19,530 bases of DNA from an uncultured archaeon (lineage in GTDB: Archaea > Iainarchaeota > Iainarchaeia > Iainarchaeales > 0-14-0-20-30-16): NCBI GenBank assembly GCA_964565725.1, contig CAZMGA010000008.1, positions 8,541 to 28,070 of the forward strand, in the 5' to 3' direction. The notes beneath the pieces are model-generated. The model was not told the origin of the DNA. It searched no databases and was given only the letters and a program-made list of their open reading frames with translations. How positions within the stretch are numbered: position 1 is the stretch's first letter; each line of letters opens with the position of its first letter. The translations under genes were made by a program, and so were the position numbers. Of this stretch, positions 16,975-19,530 are shown one piece after another.

Positions 16975-17442
16975 CTAATTTAACAAAATTATTGCAAAAT
17001 TCAATATACTGGCAAAACTAACCCATAAAATATAAGGTATTAATAAAAACCCAGCTTTTTTATCAATTTTAAAAAATAGAGTTATGTTTACAATAATTAA
17101 TAACCACAAAATAATTATATCTATAAAAGCAAATAATGGACTATGTAATTTAAAGAAAAATAAACTCCATAACAAATTAAATATTAATTGAATAAAATAA
17201 AAGATAATAGCTAGTTTTTTATATTTACTATTATTCATCCAAATAAAATAAAAAGCAATACCCATTAAAATAAATAATATAGCCCATACAGGACCAAAAA
17301 TCCAACCAGGAGGATTAAAACTAGGTTTTATTAAAGTAAAGTACCAAGTTCTAATAGAACTAAAAGTAAATATTGAACCTATAGCCCCAAATATTTGAGG
17401 TAAAATTAAAGATAACAAAAATTTATTTGAATTAAATTTCAT
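16975..17442 (-). CDS. tspO: TspO/MBR family protein
   Basis: TWYFTLIKPSFNPPGWIFGPVWAILFILMGIAFYFIW and NLLWSLFFF motifs; about 155 aa, five-TM pattern. Confidence 0.92.
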   Translation of the reverse strand: MKFNSNKFLLSLILPQIFGAIGSIFTFSSIRTWYFTLIKPSFNPPGWIFGPVWAILFILMGIAFYFIWMNNSKYKKLAIIFYFIQLIFNLLWSLFFFKLHSPLFAFIDIIILWLLIIVNITLFFKIDKKAGFLLIPYILWVSFASILNFAIILLN

Positions 17443-17473
17443 AATTTATAAACAGAAAATAACTTTATATATA

Positions 17474-18208
17474 TTACTCAAAAAAAACTTTAAATAAATA
17501 CATTAACAATAATCCTAATAACATAAATATAAATTGCATAGCTGATTTTTTCAATCTTTTTTCTTTGTGTAGTTCTGGTAATAAATCTGTTCCAGCCATA
17601 TATATAAAACCACCAGCAACAATAGGCATTAAATAAACTATTATGAAATCTAAATATTGTGCAAAAATAAAAGTTAACACAGCCCCAATTATAGCTGTTA
17701 AAGCACTTAAAAAATTATAAAACAAAGCTTTCTTTTTAGATAATCCTGAATGAATTAATATTCCAAAGTCACCTAATTCTTGAGGAATTTCATGAATTAA
17801 TATAGCTATAGTTGTAGCAATACCTGTAGAGATATTTATAAAATATGATGCGGCTATTGCAACACCATCAATAAAATTATGAATAGCATCACCAAAAAAA
17901 TTCAAATACGCTATTGAATGCACTTCACATTTATTATTATGACAATGTCTCCAGTGCAATATTTTTTCTAAAATAAAAAATAATATAAATCCAAAAATTA
18001 CAAATACAAAAGGAATTAATTCAGGCAATTGTTCTACAGATTCAGGCAAAATATGAAAAAAGGCACCACCTAACATAGATCCAGCAGCAAAACTTACTAA
18101 TATATGAATTATAGAATTTAATTTTTTATTGGATATACCTAATAATAAAATACCTATTAAAGATATTAAACTAACAATTAAAACAGATAATAAAATGTAA
18201 AAAATCAT
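17474..18208 (-). CDS. ZIP family metal (zinc) transporter
   Basis: FFHILPES, GDAIHNFIDGVAIAASYF and LIHEIPQELGDFGILIHSG signature TM4/TM5 motifs; His-rich loop HWRHCHNNKCEVH. Confidence 0.92.
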   Translation of the reverse strand: MIFYILLSVLIVSLISLIGILLLGISNKKLNSIIHILVSFAAGSMLGGAFFHILPESVEQLPELIPFVFVIFGFILFFILEKILHWRHCHNNKCEVHSIAYLNFFGDAIHNFIDGVAIAASYFINISTGIATTIAILIHEIPQELGDFGILIHSGLSKKKALFYNFLSALTAIIGAVLTFIFAQYLDFIIVYLMPIVAGGFIYMAGTDLLPELHKEKRLKKSAMQFIFMLLGLLLMYLFKVFFE

Positions 18209-18235
18209 AAAAGAACCCAGAAATTTATTATATAA

Positions 18236-18634
18236 TTAATTTGCAACAATATTTAAATCTACTATTTTTAAATTATTTACTTTTCCTACAATAAATTTTG
18301 TTTTGTCTATATCTTCTGCTTTTATAATATAATCCTCATTATTCTTGTTTATATCTAAAATAGTTATATTATAATTTAATTCTTTAGACAATACTTTAAT
18401 TATTGCTTTTTCATCATTTGTTATTTCCCAAATTCTTATACAAGCTTCAGCATCATTACTCCAAGAATAACCTGCAGAAATTAAACAACCGTAATCATCC
18501 TTATCATAGCCAATAATATCTGAATTAGGAAAATTAGATCGACTTTGTATAACTAACAAAATTGCAATAATTAAAAACATTAAAATTAAAAATACTATAG
18601 ATAGTTGTTTTCTACTCATCCTCTCAAGAAACAT
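18236..18634 (-). CDS. Small N-terminally anchored exported protein, unknown function
   Basis: Signal anchor RKQLSIVFLILMFLIIAILLVIQS, then DYGCLISAGYSWSNDAEACIRIWE (Cys-containing GC..SAGY.W....CIR.WE-type motif). ATG at 18634 fits a TATA 30 nt upstream better than the TTG at 18640. Confidence 0.6.
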   Translation of the reverse strand: MFLERMSRKQLSIVFLILMFLIIAILLVIQSRSNFPNSDIIGYDKDDYGCLISAGYSWSNDAEACIRIWEITNDEKAIIKVLSKELNYNITILDINKNNEDYIIKAEDIDKTKFIVGKVNNLKIVDLNIVAN

Positions 18635-18661
18635 AATCAAATATTATAATAGATATGTTTT

Positions 18662-18667
18662 TAAATC
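18662..18667 (-). promoter_or_regulatory. Putative TATA box for the 18634 minus-strand gene
   Basis: GGATTTAAAAC on the minus strand, about 30 nt from ATG. Confidence 0.35.
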
Positions 18668-18812
18668 CAATATATTAAACTATTTAAATATATTATTTAA
18701 ATTTGTTATGTATAATTATATAAACAAAAATACTTATTAATCCTAATAAAAATATTATTTAAATATTCATATATTTTTCAACATTATTTTCAGTTTGTCT
18801 TAGCTTTTAGTA

Positions 18813-18820
18813 TTTATAAA
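18813..18820 (+). promoter_or_regulatory. Putative TATA box for the Hef-like gene
   Basis: TTTATAAA about 26 nt before the ATG at 18842. Confidence 0.45.
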
Positions 18821-18841
18821 TTGTTAGTTATTTTATATATT

Positions 18842-19530
18842 ATGCCTATTTTAAATTCTGAGTTAAAAGCAAGAGAATATCAAACAAATATTGCTAATTC
18901 CATTATTTCTAAAGGTTCGACTTTAGTAGTATTACCAACAGGTTTAGGTAAAACTATAATAGCAATTTTAGTTTTTGCAAATTTATTAGAAAAAAACTCT
19001 AAATCGAAAATATTATTATTAGCGCCTACTAAACCATTAGTTGAACAACATTTAGAGAGTATAAAGAAATTTATATATGTAGACGCAGTAGCAATAACTG
19101 GAACTATACCTCAAAAAAAAAGAAATAAATTAATTGAAGAAAATCAAATTATTATAGCAACACCACAAACAATTGCAAATGATTTACCTACATTAAATGT
19201 AAATTTTGATTGTATTGTTTTTGATGAAGCCCACAAAGCTCAAGGATTATATGCTTATAATTTAATTGCTAAAAGATATTCTAAATCTTTAAAAATAGGT
19301 TTAACAGCAAGTCCAGGCACAAAAAGAAGTGAAGTAAAAGAAGTATTAAATAATTTAGGCATAGAAAATTTAGAAGTAAGAACATCAGAAGATTTAGATG
19401 TTGTACCATATACTCATGAAACAAAAACATATTGGGTCAAAGTTTCTTTACCAAAAGAACTACAAGAAGTAAATAAATTATTAAATGAATTTATTGAAGA
19501 AAAAGCAAATCAATTAAGAGGAATAGGATA
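18842..19530 (+). CDS. Hef / ERCC4-type SF2 helicase (N-terminal part; runs off right edge; absent from ORF track)
   Basis: Open from ATG 18842: MPILNSELKAREYQTNIANSIISKGSTLVVLPTGLGKTIIAILVFANLLEKNSKSKILLLAPTKPLVEQHLE...IIIATPQTIANDL...CIVFDEAHKAQG..YAYNLIAK...LKIGLTASPGT. Walker A, DEAH and TASPG are typical of archaeal Hef. Confidence 0.85.
   Translation, partial: MPILNSELKAREYQTNIANSIISKGSTLVVLPTGLGKTIIAILVFANLLEKNSKSKILLLAPTKPLVEQHLESIKKFIYVDAVAITGTIPQKKRNKLIEENQIIIATPQTIANDLPTLNVNFDCIVFDEAHKAQGLYAYNLIAKRYSKSLKIGLTASPGTKRSEVKEVLNNLGIENLEVRTSEDLDVVPYTHETKTYWVKVSLPKELQEVNKLLNEFIEEKANQLRGIG

Noticed and set aside
1-19530. CRISPR arrays, transposases, integrases, toxin-antitoxin or known defence operons
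   Set aside because: No regularly spaced repeats and no such protein motifs were found in the listed ORFs. The DEAD-box and Hef-type helicases are better explained as RNA metabolism and DNA repair proteins.

Overview
AT-rich (very low GC) archaeal chromosomal window. The gene style and content (TATA boxes, BHB tRNA intron, Sec61-beta, Hef-type helicase, many small envelope proteins) suggest a DPANN-type lineage; this is inference. Supported content: three tRNAs, namely Ile(GAU), Tyr(GUA) with a 50-nt canonical bulge-helix-bulge intron, and Cys(GCA). Also a putative type IV pilin-like protein cut by the left edge, a set of uncharacterised secreted or membrane-anchored proteins, and a Sec61-beta gene missing from the ORF track. 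Further along are a metallophosphoesterase, a minus-strand run of stress-type genes (DEAD-box RNA helicase, MscL, cold-shock protein, J-domain protein, OB-fold-like lipoprotein), two large Ig-like/CARDB-like surface proteins, AI-2E-family permease, TspO, ZIP transporter, and the start of a Hef/ERCC4-type DEAH helicase cut by the right edge. No CRISPR, mobile element or recognisable defence system was seen. The most interesting unexplained items are (1) the 2879-6252 three-gene envelope cluster (short-anchored protein, membrane-anchored GATase1-like protein, PEGA/Ig-like protein) beside a pilin-like gene; (2) a locally GC-rich, hairpin-bearing non-coding segment at about 8386-8510; (3) inverted repeats with T-tracts that contain stop codons at three gene ends.
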